Positions 1 to 9,392 of a stretch of DNA of 27,284 bases are shown piece after piece. Under the pieces are notes generated by a model that had not been told where the DNA came from, did not search any database, and saw only the letters and a program-made list of their open reading frames with translations. Made by a program: the position numbers and the translations under genes. Location: assembly GCA_046075565.1 (NCBI GenBank), contig JBJTQJ010000095.1, positions 1 through 27,284 of the forward strand. The letters are read 5' to 3'. This stretch comes from Verrucomicrobiales bacterium (GTDB lineage Bacteria > Verrucomicrobiota > Verrucomicrobiia > Verrucomicrobiales > SLCJ01). Numbering within the stretch: the stretch's first letter is position 1; each line of letters starts with the position of its first letter.

Positions 1-1
1 T

Positions 2-973
2 GGCGACGTCCACCTTGATCATCTTGTTCATCTCGGCGGCATCAATATCAATGTGGATGATTTTCGCGTTGCGCCCGAACATGTGCGCTTTGCCGATGAT
101 CCGATCGTCGAAACGGGAGCCGACATTGAGAATGAGGTCACACTCGACGATGGCTTTGTTGGCATAGGCGGTGCCGTGCATGCCGAGCATGCCGAGGGAA
201 AGCGCGTGAGTTTCCGGGAAAACCCCCTTGCCGAGAAGCGTGTTGGTCACGGGAGCGCCGAGGGTTTCCGCCAACTGGCGCAACTCCTGGTCGGCCCGTG
301 CGATCATGGCACCATGGCCGGCGAGGATGAGAGGTTTGCGCGAGGCGCGCAGGAGTTGGACGGCGGTGTCGATGGCGTCCAGATCGATGTTGAAGGATTC
401 TTCCGGATGGTAACCGGGCAAATCCATGTCCTCGTCAAAGTCACCGGTGAAAGCACCGGAGCTGATGTCTTTCGGGATATCGATGAGCACCGGCCCCGGG
501 CGTCCGGTGGTCGCGATATAATGGGCCTCGCGGGTGATCCGGGCGATGTCGTTCGTATTCTTGACCAGGTAGTTGTGTTTGACCACCGGCACGGTGATGC
601 CGAAAATGTCGGCCTCTTGGAAGGCATCCTTACCGAGCATCCAGGTGACCTGTTGGCCGCAAAGGATGATCATGGGCACGGAATCCATCTGGGCGGTCAT
701 GATGCCGGTGAGGGTATTCCCGGCTCCGGGACCACTGGTGACCAACACGGCAGCCGGACGACCGGTCGCACGGGCATACCCGTCGGCCATGTGCACCGCA
801 CCTTGCTCGTGCCGGACGAGCACGAATTTCATGTTCGTTTTGACCGTCTCGAGGGCATCAAAAATCGGAATGGCGGCGCCTCCGGAGTATCCGAAGATGT
901 ATTCGATGCCGAGGTCGTCGAGGGTCTTGATCAAAACCTGGGCACCGTCGAGTTGGGTAGAATTCGCGCTCAT
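2..973 (-). CDS. ilvB: Acetolactate synthase (AHAS) large subunit, biosynthetic type; 3' part runs off the window start
   Basis: Not in the ORF track (no stop in window). Manual translation from CAT at 971-973: MSANSTQLDGAQVLIKTLDDLGIEYIFGYSGGAAIPIFDALETVKTNMKFVLVRHEQGAVHMADGYARATGRP..., and at the window edge ...IIHIDIDAAEMNKMIKVDVA. RHEQGA-HMADGYAR and HIDID are AHAS hallmarks. Confidence 0.93.
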   Translation of the reverse strand, partial: MSANSTQLDGAQVLIKTLDDLGIEYIFGYSGGAAIPIFDALETVKTNMKFVLVRHEQGAVHMADGYARATGRPAAVLVTSGPGAGNTLTGIMTAQMDSVPMIILCGQQVTWMLGKDAFQEADIFGITVPVVKHNYLVKNTNDIARITREAHYIATTGRPGPVLIDIPKDISSGAFTGDFDEDMDLPGYHPEESFNIDLDAIDTAVQLLRASRKPLILAGHGAMIARADQELRQLAETLGAPVTNTLLGKGVFPETHALSLGMLGMHGTAYANKAIVECDLILNVGSRFDDRIIGKAHMFGRNAKIIHIDIDAAEMNKMIKVDVA

Positions 974-1033
974 GGGGTCAAAAGTTGGTTTGTGAAGGTT
1001 TATTTTCAGAGCGCAGACCATTTTCGTCAACCG

Positions 1034-1047
1034 AAAATCATGATTTT
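1034..1047. promoter_or_regulatory. Perfect 14-bp palindrome AAAATCATGATTTT in the divergent ilvB/esterase intergenic region; possible operator
   Basis: Seen directly; extends imperfectly to CCGAAAATCATGATTTTTCGG (1031-1051), about 60 bp upstream of the ilvB start. No cognate regulator identified. Confidence 0.3.
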
Positions 1048-1247
1048 TCGGCCAAATGGGCGAACCTCCGCATATTTTCCGTAAATAGTTTGACGATTTT
1101 TGGAGAAATGCGCGAAATCGAGACACCCCACCGAGCAAAGTTTGCCAATTTTCGGGCAAATTATGGGATCACCCGCCCCGGGATGGAAATTCGGCACCCC
1201 CGAAAACCTATCCTTGACCGATCCAGCCCAAGCTTCAAGATGTGCGC

Positions 1248-2159
1248 ATGAAGTCCGCCATTCTCTCTCTCCTCGTGTTTGCCGGCACCGCCTTGGCCGA
1301 CCCATCCTGGCAACCGCTCTGGGAACAAGGCGCTCCGGGTCCGAAAACCGAAGGCCCGAAGGATGAGGTGAATGCCAAGGGTGGTTACACCCGCATCGCC
1401 CGCCCCGAATTCCAACTCTGGCCGGTCCCCGGCGAAACCACCTCCCCCAGCCCCTGCCTGGTCATTTTCCCGGGCGGCGGCTATGGCATGTTGGCCATGG
1501 ACCATGAAGGGAAACAAATCGCGGAATGGGCGAACAAACTTGGCTTCACGGCCCTTGTCGTGAAATATCGGGTTTCACCCGATGACAAGGATGGCTACCG
1601 CACCCCTTGGCCAATGGTTGATGCCCAGCGCGCCGTGGCAACCGCCCGCCACCGAGCTAGCGAATGGAAAATCGACCCGGCACGCATCGCGATTATCGGA
1701 TTCTCCGCCGGAGGACATCTGGCCGCAATGACCGCCACCAGCCATCAACCGCGACCGGAACTCGGAGACGATGCCATCGCCAAAACATCCCCCCGCCCCG
1801 ATCTGGCCGTGCTGGTGTATCCGGTGATTTCCATGGACCAGCCCCACGGACATAGCGGCTCGAAACGCCGCCTGCTTGGCGAGTCGCCCGACGAAGCCAC
1901 CGTGAAAGCAAATAGCCCGGCCCTCCTCATTGACAAATCCTGCCCTCCCCTGCTGTTGATTCACACCGCCGACGATCCGGTTTCCCCGCTCAACAGTCTC
2001 GACATGGCCCGGGCCGCCAAAGTCGCCGGCGTACCTTTTACATTGCACCTTTACGAATCCGGTGGCCATGGGTATGGACTGCGCCCGAATGGCAAACCGA
2101 GCGACGCCTGGCCGGGAGATGCCGCAAAGTGGTTCAAGGAAAAAAAATGGGTTCCGTAG
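1248..2159 (+). CDS. Secreted alpha/beta-hydrolase (acetyl/carbohydrate esterase, BD-FAE-like)
   Basis: Signal peptide MKSAILSLLVFAGTALA, oxyanion motif FPGGGY, nucleophile GFSAGG, and C-terminal acid/His motifs (DDPV, GGHGYG). ATG 1248 preferred over GTG 1242. Confidence 0.88.
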   Translation: MKSAILSLLVFAGTALADPSWQPLWEQGAPGPKTEGPKDEVNAKGGYTRIARPEFQLWPVPGETTSPSPCLVIFPGGGYGMLAMDHEGKQIAEWANKLGFTALVVKYRVSPDDKDGYRTPWPMVDAQRAVATARHRASEWKIDPARIAIIGFSAGGHLAAMTATSHQPRPELGDDAIAKTSPRPDLAVLVYPVISMDQPHGHSGSKRRLLGESPDEATVKANSPALLIDKSCPPLLLIHTADDPVSPLNSLDMARAAKVAGVPFTLHLYESGGHGYGLRPNGKPSDAWPGDAAKWFKEKKWVP

Positions 2160-2190
2160 AATCTCCTGGATGACTCGGAAGCAGGACGCT

Positions 2191-2265
2191 GTACGACCGC
2201 GCTTCCAGCCGGTCGTCGTGGGAGCAACCATGTCATCCGACGACCGGCCAGAGGCACGGTCGTAC
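2191..2265. repeat. REP-like doublet (REPIN-type): two 28-bp inverted, internally palindromic arms between convergent genes
   Basis: Left arm 2191-2218 GTACGACCGCGCTTCCAGCCGGTCGTCG vs reverse complement of right arm 2238-2265 GTACGACCGTGCCTCTGGCCGGTCGTCG (24/28 identical). Each arm has a CGACCG...CGGTCG stem; 19-bp spacer. May also act as a bidirectional terminator. Confidence 0.7.
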
Positions 2266-2355
2266 GAGTGACTCACGGTTCCACACCGGCTCCCGCAGGT
2301 TCTGGTGCCTAACAAGGCAGAAGCGGCGGAGATTCTGTATTCCCAATGTTCTTCC

Positions 2356-4959
2356 TCACTCGCCTGGTCTGACGCGTACGATGACCGGTGGCCGCGAGAA
2401 GACGCGGGCGGCGGCTTCGGCAACGCTGGAGACGGGCAACTTCCTGGCTTCTTCGAGTTGCCGTTCGGCGTAGTCGGCTCCGAGACCGAGCAAGGCATTG
2501 ATGGCGGCCTGGCGACCACGCGAATCGATGCTCTGGTTCTGCAGAAGGTGTTTTCCTCGCCAGGTGTGGCGGGCGCGTTCGATTTCGGCAGAGTCGGGTC
2601 CTTCGGTGGCGAGGCGTCGGGCCTCATCGAGGGTTTCGGCCTCGGCATGGTCGAGTTTGTCGGCGCTGGTGCCGAGGTAGAATCCGAAGCCGCCAATGCG
2701 CGTCCCTTTCAGTTGGAAGGGAGCGACGAAGTAGGCCAGTCCCTGTTCCTCTCGAATCCGAAGGAAGAAACGCGAGGCCATGTCGCCGCAAGCTTCATCG
2801 AGTAGGTCGAGCGCGGTGGCATCGGCGGCCAAAAGGCCATCGGTCGGATAGACGACCACCAGCACGGCTTGTTCCTTGGGACGCCGCAACTCGAACACCC
2901 CGCCCATCGGTTCACCCGGCCAGATCATGTTGGAAGGAGCGGAGGATATCGTTTCTTCTGTTGGATTTCCGAAGCCCGATGTCAAGCGGGCGGCGGCATC
3001 ATCGGGATCGAAGTCACCGAAAACACCGAGAATCGAGCTTGTGGGGGCTCTCCGCCCCTGCCAAATGGCCGGCAGGGAGTCGGCGCGCAGGGCGGCAAGT
3101 GATTCAACAGTTCCTGCCGAAGGATGGGCGAATCCGGTGCCGGCGAAAAGCCGGGCGCGGGCCTCGCGCATCGCGGACGGAAGAGGCTGGAGATCACGAT
3201 CGCGGGCGGCGGCGATCATGGCGGCCCGTTCACGTTCCATGGCGGCGAGCGGGAAATTCGCCTGGCCCGCGACTTCGGCCAGCAACTCACAGCCCATCGG
3301 GAAGTCGTCGGCGAGCATGTCGAGCGAAATGCCGATACTGAGATTGCCCGCCATGGCTCCGAAGGAACCACCACGCCCTTCGATGGCTTCGGCAAGCGCG
3401 GCCCCATCGTGTTTGCCGGTTCCTTTCCAGAGTCCGTTGGCCAGCCATGTCGAGAGCCCGGCCATTTCCGGAGCATCGGCGGATGATCCACCGAGGCAGA
3501 AAAAGTGGGTCGAGACGATGGGCAACCGGGGATCCCGGCCTAACAGAACGGTCATTCCGTTGGGCAGATGGAGTGTTTCAAGATCGAGTGACGAACCCGA
3601 CGGACGGGCGGCGAAGACCGGGCGCGGCTTGGGCGCGGAATGCGGGAGCATACGCACGGTCACCCGCCGATCATCAAGAAGGTAACGGGTTGCCACCTCA
3701 ACAACCGTCGCGGCGTCCACCGATTGCAATCCTTGGAGGTAACGCTCCGGGTAATCGGTGCTGTGGGATAACAACCAGCTCGCAGCCACCTGCGACGCGA
3801 GTCCCTGGGTGGATTCGAGACCATGGAGGAAATCGGCCAAGGCGCCGCGCCGGGCTTTCTCCAATTCGGCAGGCGTCACCCCGGAAGCCCGGAGTTTTGT
3901 GATCTCGTTTAGAATGCCTTCTTCCAATGGAGCGAGCCGATCGATCTCCGTTTCGCCACCGGCGTAGAAGACACCGGAGAAACCAGGAGAATAAATCCCG
4001 GATCCGACCTCATGCGCCAACTCCTGTTCCTCACGCAAGCGGCGGAACAGACGGGAACTCTCACCTCCGCCGAGGATGCGGGCGAGCACATCCAACGCCG
4101 GAATGTCCGGATGGCCGTGGGCGGGCACATGCCAAGCCATCTGCAACCGGGCGAGATCGGTGGTGAACGAAACGGTCTTTTCTCTCGGCCCCGAAAGCTC
4201 TGGCTCGTCGGGCAGAACGGGCGAGCATCTACCCGACGGTGCCAATTCGCCGAAACGTTCCCGCACCATGGCAACGGCCTCGTCCACGTCCACATCGCCG
4301 GCAATGACAAAGAAGACATTGTTCGGCACATAGTGGCGGGCATGGTAGGCACGCACGTCGGCCAGCGTCAGGCGGTTGAAGGCCCCGAGATGACCGATGA
4401 CCGGATGCCGGCACGGGTGCTCGCGGAAAGCGGTGGCGAAGAGTTGCTCGGAAAAGACACGCCGGGGGTCGTCTTTGCCCATGGCGATCTCGCGGCGAAT
4501 CACTTCCTTCTCCCTTTCGAACTCTTCTTCGGGCAGGAGAGGATAAAAAACAAGATCGCCGGTCACATCGAGGGCGGTGGCAAGACCTTCCGAAGGTGCA
4601 TCCACCCAATAGACCGTCCGTTCGAAGGAAGTATAGGCATTGAGATAGCCCCCGGCTTCCTGGATGGCCCGGGCGGCTTCGCCAATACCGAAGGACCGTG
4701 TGCCCTTGAAGACGAGATGCTCGAGCAGATGGGAAATTCCGGCCCCGAGAAATTCCTGCTCGTGCACCGAGCCGGCGCGCACCCAGGCCTGGACACTCAC
4801 CACGGGAGACGATGCACCGGGGATGACCAGAACCTCCAACCCGTTCGGCAGGGTCTCAACATTGGAAGCGGGCAGGCGCGGTCTCGGCATGGCCGTGACT
4901 TTGCGACTGCCTGCGAAGCTTGCAAGTGGTTCCGTTTTCCCGGAAGGGAGTGTCATCAC
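2356..4959 (-). CDS. M16 family zinc metallopeptidase (pitrilysin/PqqL-like, fused two-half form)
   Basis: Inverted zincin motif HLLEH in GISHLLEHLVFKGT, NAYTS, distal EREKEVIRRE; second half repeats the fold without HxxEH and has LRIREEQGLAY. The true start may be slightly downstream (MPRPRL...). Confidence 0.92.
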   Translation of the reverse strand: MMTLPSGKTEPLASFAGSRKVTAMPRPRLPASNVETLPNGLEVLVIPGASSPVVSVQAWVRAGSVHEQEFLGAGISHLLEHLVFKGTRSFGIGEAARAIQEAGGYLNAYTSFERTVYWVDAPSEGLATALDVTGDLVFYPLLPEEEFEREKEVIRREIAMGKDDPRRVFSEQLFATAFREHPCRHPVIGHLGAFNRLTLADVRAYHARHYVPNNVFFVIAGDVDVDEAVAMVRERFGELAPSGRCSPVLPDEPELSGPREKTVSFTTDLARLQMAWHVPAHGHPDIPALDVLARILGGGESSRLFRRLREEQELAHEVGSGIYSPGFSGVFYAGGETEIDRLAPLEEGILNEITKLRASGVTPAELEKARRGALADFLHGLESTQGLASQVAASWLLSHSTDYPERYLQGLQSVDAATVVEVATRYLLDDRRVTVRMLPHSAPKPRPVFAARPSGSSLDLETLHLPNGMTVLLGRDPRLPIVSTHFFCLGGSSADAPEMAGLSTWLANGLWKGTGKHDGAALAEAIEGRGGSFGAMAGNLSIGISLDMLADDFPMGCELLAEVAGQANFPLAAMERERAAMIAAARDRDLQPLPSAMREARARLFAGTGFAHPSAGTVESLAALRADSLPAIWQGRRAPTSSILGVFGDFDPDDAAARLTSGFGNPTEETISSAPSNMIWPGEPMGGVFELRRPKEQAVLVVVYPTDGLLAADATALDLLDEACGDMASRFFLRIREEQGLAYFVAPFQLKGTRIGGFGFYLGTSADKLDHAEAETLDEARRLATEGPDSAEIERARHTWRGKHLLQNQSIDSRGRQAAINALLGLGADYAERQLEEARKLPVSSVAEAAARVFSRPPVIVRVRPGE

Positions 4960-5459
4960 TTGGTGACTTCCCGAATGGCCTTCAGGAAACCGTCGTCATG
5001 GGGATTGCCCGTCCATGCGAGTTTGCCAGTCTTGTCGAAAACGAAGGCCCGGGGGATGCCGCTGAAATTGATCGGGCAAGCACCATTTTCGACCACCGGA
5101 TATTTCACCTTGGCCTTGTCGAGCAACTTGTTGATCGCTTCCTTGGTGCCATTCTGGGCATGCACTCCGACGACCTTGAGCTCTTTGTTTTCGTAGCGCT
5201 TCGCGATCTTCGCCAACTCGGGCAGGAAAGCCACACAGGGCGGGCAGTTGATACCCCAATATTCGATGACAGCAGGTTTCCCCTCGAGATCTTCTTTTTT
5301 AAAGGCGACGTCGTTGATGGACTCGCCGAAACCGAACTGGGAAATATTCGCCTCGGGCACGGCGGCATCTTCCTTCTTCTCACGGGCTTGGAGGGAGACG
5401 GGGGCAACAAAGGCGACCGCGAGGGTCGCCACCAGGGCAATCAGGGTGGAACGATTCAT
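4956..5459 (-). CDS. TlpA/ResA-like thioredoxin-fold disulfide reductase with signal peptide
   Basis: C-terminal part of ORF 4956..5876; real start is the ATG at 5459 (MNRSTLIALVATLAVAFVAPVSLQA). Motifs EYWGINCPPC (CxxC) and GIPRAFVFD. Stop overlaps the M16 start. Confidence 0.87.
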   Translation of the reverse strand: MNRSTLIALVATLAVAFVAPVSLQAREKKEDAAVPEANISQFGFGESINDVAFKKEDLEGKPAVIEYWGINCPPCVAFLPELAKIAKRYENKELKVVGVHAQNGTKEAINKLLDKAKVKYPVVENGACPINFSGIPRAFVFDKTGKLAWTGNPHDDGFLKAIREVTK

Positions 5460-5505
5460 GACGCAGCATCGCCGTGCTGCACGAAAATGCAAGGGCCGGG
5501 TGCCT

Positions 5506-7455
5506 TCAGCTTTCGAAGTAGGTATAACCGTCGAGGCCGTCCCGGTAAAGGTTGACCATGTGATGGCGTTCCTTGGGCGTGATGAAGCCTTTGGCCACGG
5601 CTTTTTCGGCGAAAGCGCGGAACCGGGCCACGAGGTCCTTGGTATCGTATTCGACGTAGGAGAGAACGTCGGCCACGGTATCGCCTTCCACCTCGTGGGT
5701 GTAAACAAGTTTCCCGTCTTCGAGATGGACGCCGACCACGTTGGTATCGCCGAGCAGGTTGTGGAGGTCACCGAGGGTTTCCTGATAAGCTCCGACGAGG
5801 AAGACACCGACCCAGTAATCGTCGCCCGGTTCAATGGCGTGGAGCTGGAGAGTGCGCGAAACATCTTCCCTATCAATAAAGCGATCGATCTTGCCGTCGC
5901 AATCGCAGGTGATGTCGGCGAGCACGGCCTGCTGCGACGGATATTCGTCGAGCCGGTGGATCGGCATGACCGGGAACAACTGGTCGATGGCCCATGAATC
6001 CGGAAGGGATTGGAAGAGGCTGAAATTCCCGTAGTAGAAATCGTGAAGGGAACTCTTCAGTTCCAGGAGATCGTCCGGCACCTGATCGACTTCCTTGAGG
6101 CGGCGGGAAATACGGGTGAGGATGCGCCAGAAAAGGTTCTCGGCGATGCCGCGCTCGCGTAAGGTCACGTTCCCGAGAACGTGCATGGAGCGGATTTGAT
6201 CGCGGTAGTAGACGGCATCGTTATAACACTCGAGCAGATTCTTCGTGCGCAACTGGCCATTGACCTCGAGCAGATTCTTCAAGGTGGCGGAAGCACCTTC
6301 AGGCAAGTCCGGCATCGTCTCGTCGAGCTGGAATTTCGAGACATCGAGGATGTTAAAAACCAGCACCGAGTAGTAGGCCACGACCGCGCGGCCGGATTCG
6401 GAAATAATATCGGGATGCGGCAAGCCGGCCCCGTCGCAAAGTTGCATGACCACTTCCAGCACGTCGGTGCAGTATTCGCCGACCGAGTAGTTGCAGGAGG
6501 CGTGGAAATTCGAGTTGGAGCCATCGTAATCGACGGCCAAGCCGCCGCCGATGTCGAGCACACCCATGGGGGCACCCTCGCGGGCGAGATCGACATAGAT
6601 CCGGGCCGCTTCCGTGGCCGCCTCGCGAATCGAGCGGATATTCGGGATCTGCGACCCCTGGTGGTAATGGAGGAGACGCAGGCAATCGAGATATCCGCTC
6701 TCTTTCAGTTGGTCCACCGCCTCGATGATCTGCGGCGCGTTCAGACCGAAAACCGATTTGTCGCCGCCGGATTCCTGCCAGTGCCCGGCACCTTTGCTGG
6801 CGAGGCGCACGCGGATGCCGAGGTTCGGGCGCACGCCAAGCCGGCGGGCGCGTTCGATCACGAGGGCGAGTTCACCCGGCATTTCCAGCACGATCACCAC
6901 CATCACTCCCATCTTCTGGGCATTGAGGGCGAGATCGATGAATTCTTCATCCTTGTAGCCGTTGCAGACCAGATAAGCCTTCGGATCATGCATGTAGGCG
7001 AGGGCGGCGATCAATTCAGGTTTGGAACCGGCCTCGAGTCCGTAGTGGTATTTCCGCCCGAAATCGGCAATCTCCTCGATGACCTGGCGCTGCTGGTTCA
7101 CCTTGATCGGATACACGCCGCGGTAGTTGCCCTTGTAGCCGAGCGCGTCGATGGCTTTATTGAAGGACTCATTTAATTCGGCAATGCGCGAATGCAGGAG
7201 GTCGCGAAACCTCAACAGCACGGGCAGGTCGGTGCCGCGGTCGCGGAGACCGTGGATGATTTCCGCGAGGGAAATCTGCTTGGGCTTCTTGTTCTTCCCC
7301 GCCCCGAGTTCGACGGTCACCTCGCCGTCGCGGTTGATATCAAAATACCCATTGCCCCATTTGCCGATGCCATAAAGCTCGGCGGAGCGGGAACAGGACC
7401 AGGAGGCGGGTTTGGACGGCTTGCGGCCGCTGGGTGATTTGGTTCGGGCGTTCAT
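5506..7455 (-). CDS. speA: Biosynthetic arginine decarboxylase
   Basis: 649 aa; WGNGYFDIN, PLP lysine motif YPIKVNQ, GLEAGSKPEL, HYHQGSQI, DIGGGLAVDYDG, ESGRA, DITCDCDGKID, GAYQETLGDLHNL. Confidence 0.96.
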   Translation of the reverse strand: MNARTKSPSGRKPSKPASWSCSRSAELYGIGKWGNGYFDINRDGEVTVELGAGKNKKPKQISLAEIIHGLRDRGTDLPVLLRFRDLLHSRIAELNESFNKAIDALGYKGNYRGVYPIKVNQQRQVIEEIADFGRKYHYGLEAGSKPELIAALAYMHDPKAYLVCNGYKDEEFIDLALNAQKMGVMVVIVLEMPGELALVIERARRLGVRPNLGIRVRLASKGAGHWQESGGDKSVFGLNAPQIIEAVDQLKESGYLDCLRLLHYHQGSQIPNIRSIREAATEAARIYVDLAREGAPMGVLDIGGGLAVDYDGSNSNFHASCNYSVGEYCTDVLEVVMQLCDGAGLPHPDIISESGRAVVAYYSVLVFNILDVSKFQLDETMPDLPEGASATLKNLLEVNGQLRTKNLLECYNDAVYYRDQIRSMHVLGNVTLRERGIAENLFWRILTRISRRLKEVDQVPDDLLELKSSLHDFYYGNFSLFQSLPDSWAIDQLFPVMPIHRLDEYPSQQAVLADITCDCDGKIDRFIDREDVSRTLQLHAIEPGDDYWVGVFLVGAYQETLGDLHNLLGDTNVVGVHLEDGKLVYTHEVEGDTVADVLSYVEYDTKDLVARFRAFAEKAVAKGFITPKERHHMVNLYRDGLDGYTYFES

Positions 7456-7593
7456 CGGACGAGGGGCGGAAAGATCCGATCAGAATGCGCGGATGCAAGC
7501 CCGCATTTGGGAGATTTCCGCTGTGCCGGAGATACTGAGGTGTCGGCTTTTCCCGGTGAAATTTCCGCCACCCGCTCGACGTAAGCTGAGGTG

Positions 7594-8553
7594 ATGGCAA
7601 TCGGAATCCGATGTCTTCTAACGGCAAGCGTCCTCGGACTGGCCGCCAATACCACAGCCGGGGAAGCGGTGGCCGGAAGAACGCTGGCGTGGGAAAAAGG
7701 AGAAACTTCCCTCGCCCTCACCAACAACGGCAAGGTCGTTTGGCGACTGGTCCATGACCCGGAGCAACCGAAATCCTACTTTCATCCGCTCGCGACCATC
7801 GATGGCAAAGTCCTGACCGCCTTCGAGCCGGACGATCACCGCTGGCACCGCGGGCTCTGGTGGTCGTGGAAATACATCAACGGCCTCAACTACTGGGAAG
7901 AAGATCCGCAAACGGGCAAAAGTCAGGGCTTGACCCCGGTCACGCGGGCGGAAGTGCTGCCCTCACCGGATTCTTCCGCGCGGGTTCGCCTCGCTCTCGA
8001 CTACCAACCGCCGGGCCAGACCACTTTGCTCAAGGAAAAACGCGAACTGCATGTGCACGCGCCCGACGCGGAGGGCACCTATGTCATCGATTGGACCAGC
8101 ACTTTCACGGCGGCGGATGCACCGGTGAAACTGGATCGGACATTACCTCCCCACTAAGGCGGACCGGAATATGGCGGCTACGCCGGCTTATCCCTCCGGA
8201 TGGCCAAAGGACTCGACGGCTACACCTTCCGGACGCCTGCGGGAGAAACCAATCCTGCCGCCAGCCATGGCAAGACCAGCCCTTGGGTTGATCTCGCCGA
8301 TGCCCAATCGGGGATCGCCATTCTTGATCATCCCTCGAATCCCCGTCATCCTCCGCCATGGTATTTGCATTCGAACAAGACGATGCTGTTTTTCAGTCCC
8401 TCGCCATTGTTCAACGAAACCATCGAACTCGCCCCCCAAGAATCGATTTCCTTCCGCTACCAAATCATCGTCCACTCCGTCGGACTCACTCCAGAACGAA
8501 TCGACAATGAGTGGCGGAAATTCTCCCCAAACCAACCCGTCAAACAACCATGA
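7594..8553 (+). pseudogene. Secreted DUF6807/PmoA-family beta-sandwich protein interrupted by one in-frame TAA (8155-8157)
   Basis: Signal peptide, then PKSYFHPL, PDDHRWHRGLWW, NYWE. The frame continues through the stop: ...DRTLPPH*GGPEYGGYAGLSLRMAKG...GIAILDHPSNPRHPPPW... to TGA 8553. Track ORFs 7591..8157 and 8200..8553 share a frame. A real nonsense mutation cannot be told apart from a sequence error. Confidence 0.75.
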
Positions 8554-9392
8554 AAATCGGCTGCTTCGCTCTCATCCAACCCTTCTCGCCCATGCGGCGT
8601 CAATTCGAACTCATCCGTGAACTCGGTTTCGATTACGCGGATCTGACCGACAACCACGATGGCGCAACCCTCGGCACGGAATACGGGTTTTCCGCCTCGT
8701 TCAGCCTCGATTCGCACCCAGCGACCATACTCGATATGGTCAAAGAGTTCGGTCTCACCCTGACGAGTGTCTGCGCGCATGCGAATCTGCTCGATCCAAC
8801 GGCTCCCGATCGATATGGAACAGCGGAGATCATCAAGGCGATCAAACTCGCCCACTTTCTCGGGGTCAAACAGGTCATCACCACCGAAGGCGATCCTAAA
8901 ACGCATTTCGGCCATCATCTGAGCGAAGACCAGCGTTTGTTCAGCATTCGCGAAAAGCTTCACGAGCCGATCCGCTGGGCGGAGAATTTCGGCATCGAAC
9001 TTCTGCTCGAACCCCACGGCATTCTCACCGACACCGTCGCTGGCATGAGCAAAATCCTCGATGCCCTCGGCCATGAAAAGACCGTCGGTGTGAATCTCGA
9101 TACCGGCAACTCCTGGCTCGGCGGCGGGGATCCACTGGAGTTTGTCAAAGTCTTCGGAAGCCGCATCAAACACGTGCACTGGAAAGACATGCCCGCCGAA
9201 TGGCTGCCGAAACGCGGCACCCAATTCGGATGCGGCATGGGTTTGATTCCGCTCGGCGATGGCATCGTCGGGATCGAAGCGATTGTCAAAGAGCTGCTCG
9301 CCATCGGATTCGACGGACCCACCACCCTCGAAATTGCCGGTGAGGAAGCCGTCAAAACATCCGCCGCACGTCTCCGCGCCTGGTCCACATGA
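8550..9392 (+). CDS. Sugar phosphate isomerase/epimerase, xylose-isomerase-like TIM barrel (AP_endonuc_2)
   Basis: ATG 8550 overlaps the upstream stop (ATGA). Metal ligand motifs LLEPH, NLDTGN, HVHWKD, TLE. Confidence 0.88.
   Translation: MKIGCFALIQPFSPMRRQFELIRELGFDYADLTDNHDGATLGTEYGFSASFSLDSHPATILDMVKEFGLTLTSVCAHANLLDPTAPDRYGTAEIIKAIKLAHFLGVKQVITTEGDPKTHFGHHLSEDQRLFSIREKLHEPIRWAENFGIELLLEPHGILTDTVAGMSKILDALGHEKTVGVNLDTGNSWLGGGDPLEFVKVFGSRIKHVHWKDMPAEWLPKRGTQFGCGMGLIPLGDGIVGIEAIVKELLAIGFDGPTTLEIAGEEAVKTSAARLRAWST

Noticed and set aside
53-1084. 343-aa plus-strand ORF
   Set aside because: Antisense shadow of ilvB; no recognisable motifs.
974-1247. ilvB attenuator leader peptide
   Set aside because: No short Leu/Val/Ile-rich ORF with terminator/antiterminator found on the minus strand.
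5460-5876. N-terminal extension of ORF 4956..5876
   Set aside because: Overlaps speA in another frame; a clear signal peptide begins at ATG 5459.
4012-7176. Long plus-strand ORFs (4012..5196, 5248..5997, 6181..7176)
   Set aside because: Antisense shadows of the M16, TlpA and speA genes, expected from high-GC codon bias.
7594-8553. Methane monooxygenase pmoA
   Set aside because: The Pfam name is misleading; this is a soluble secreted protein with no pmoC/pmoB nearby.
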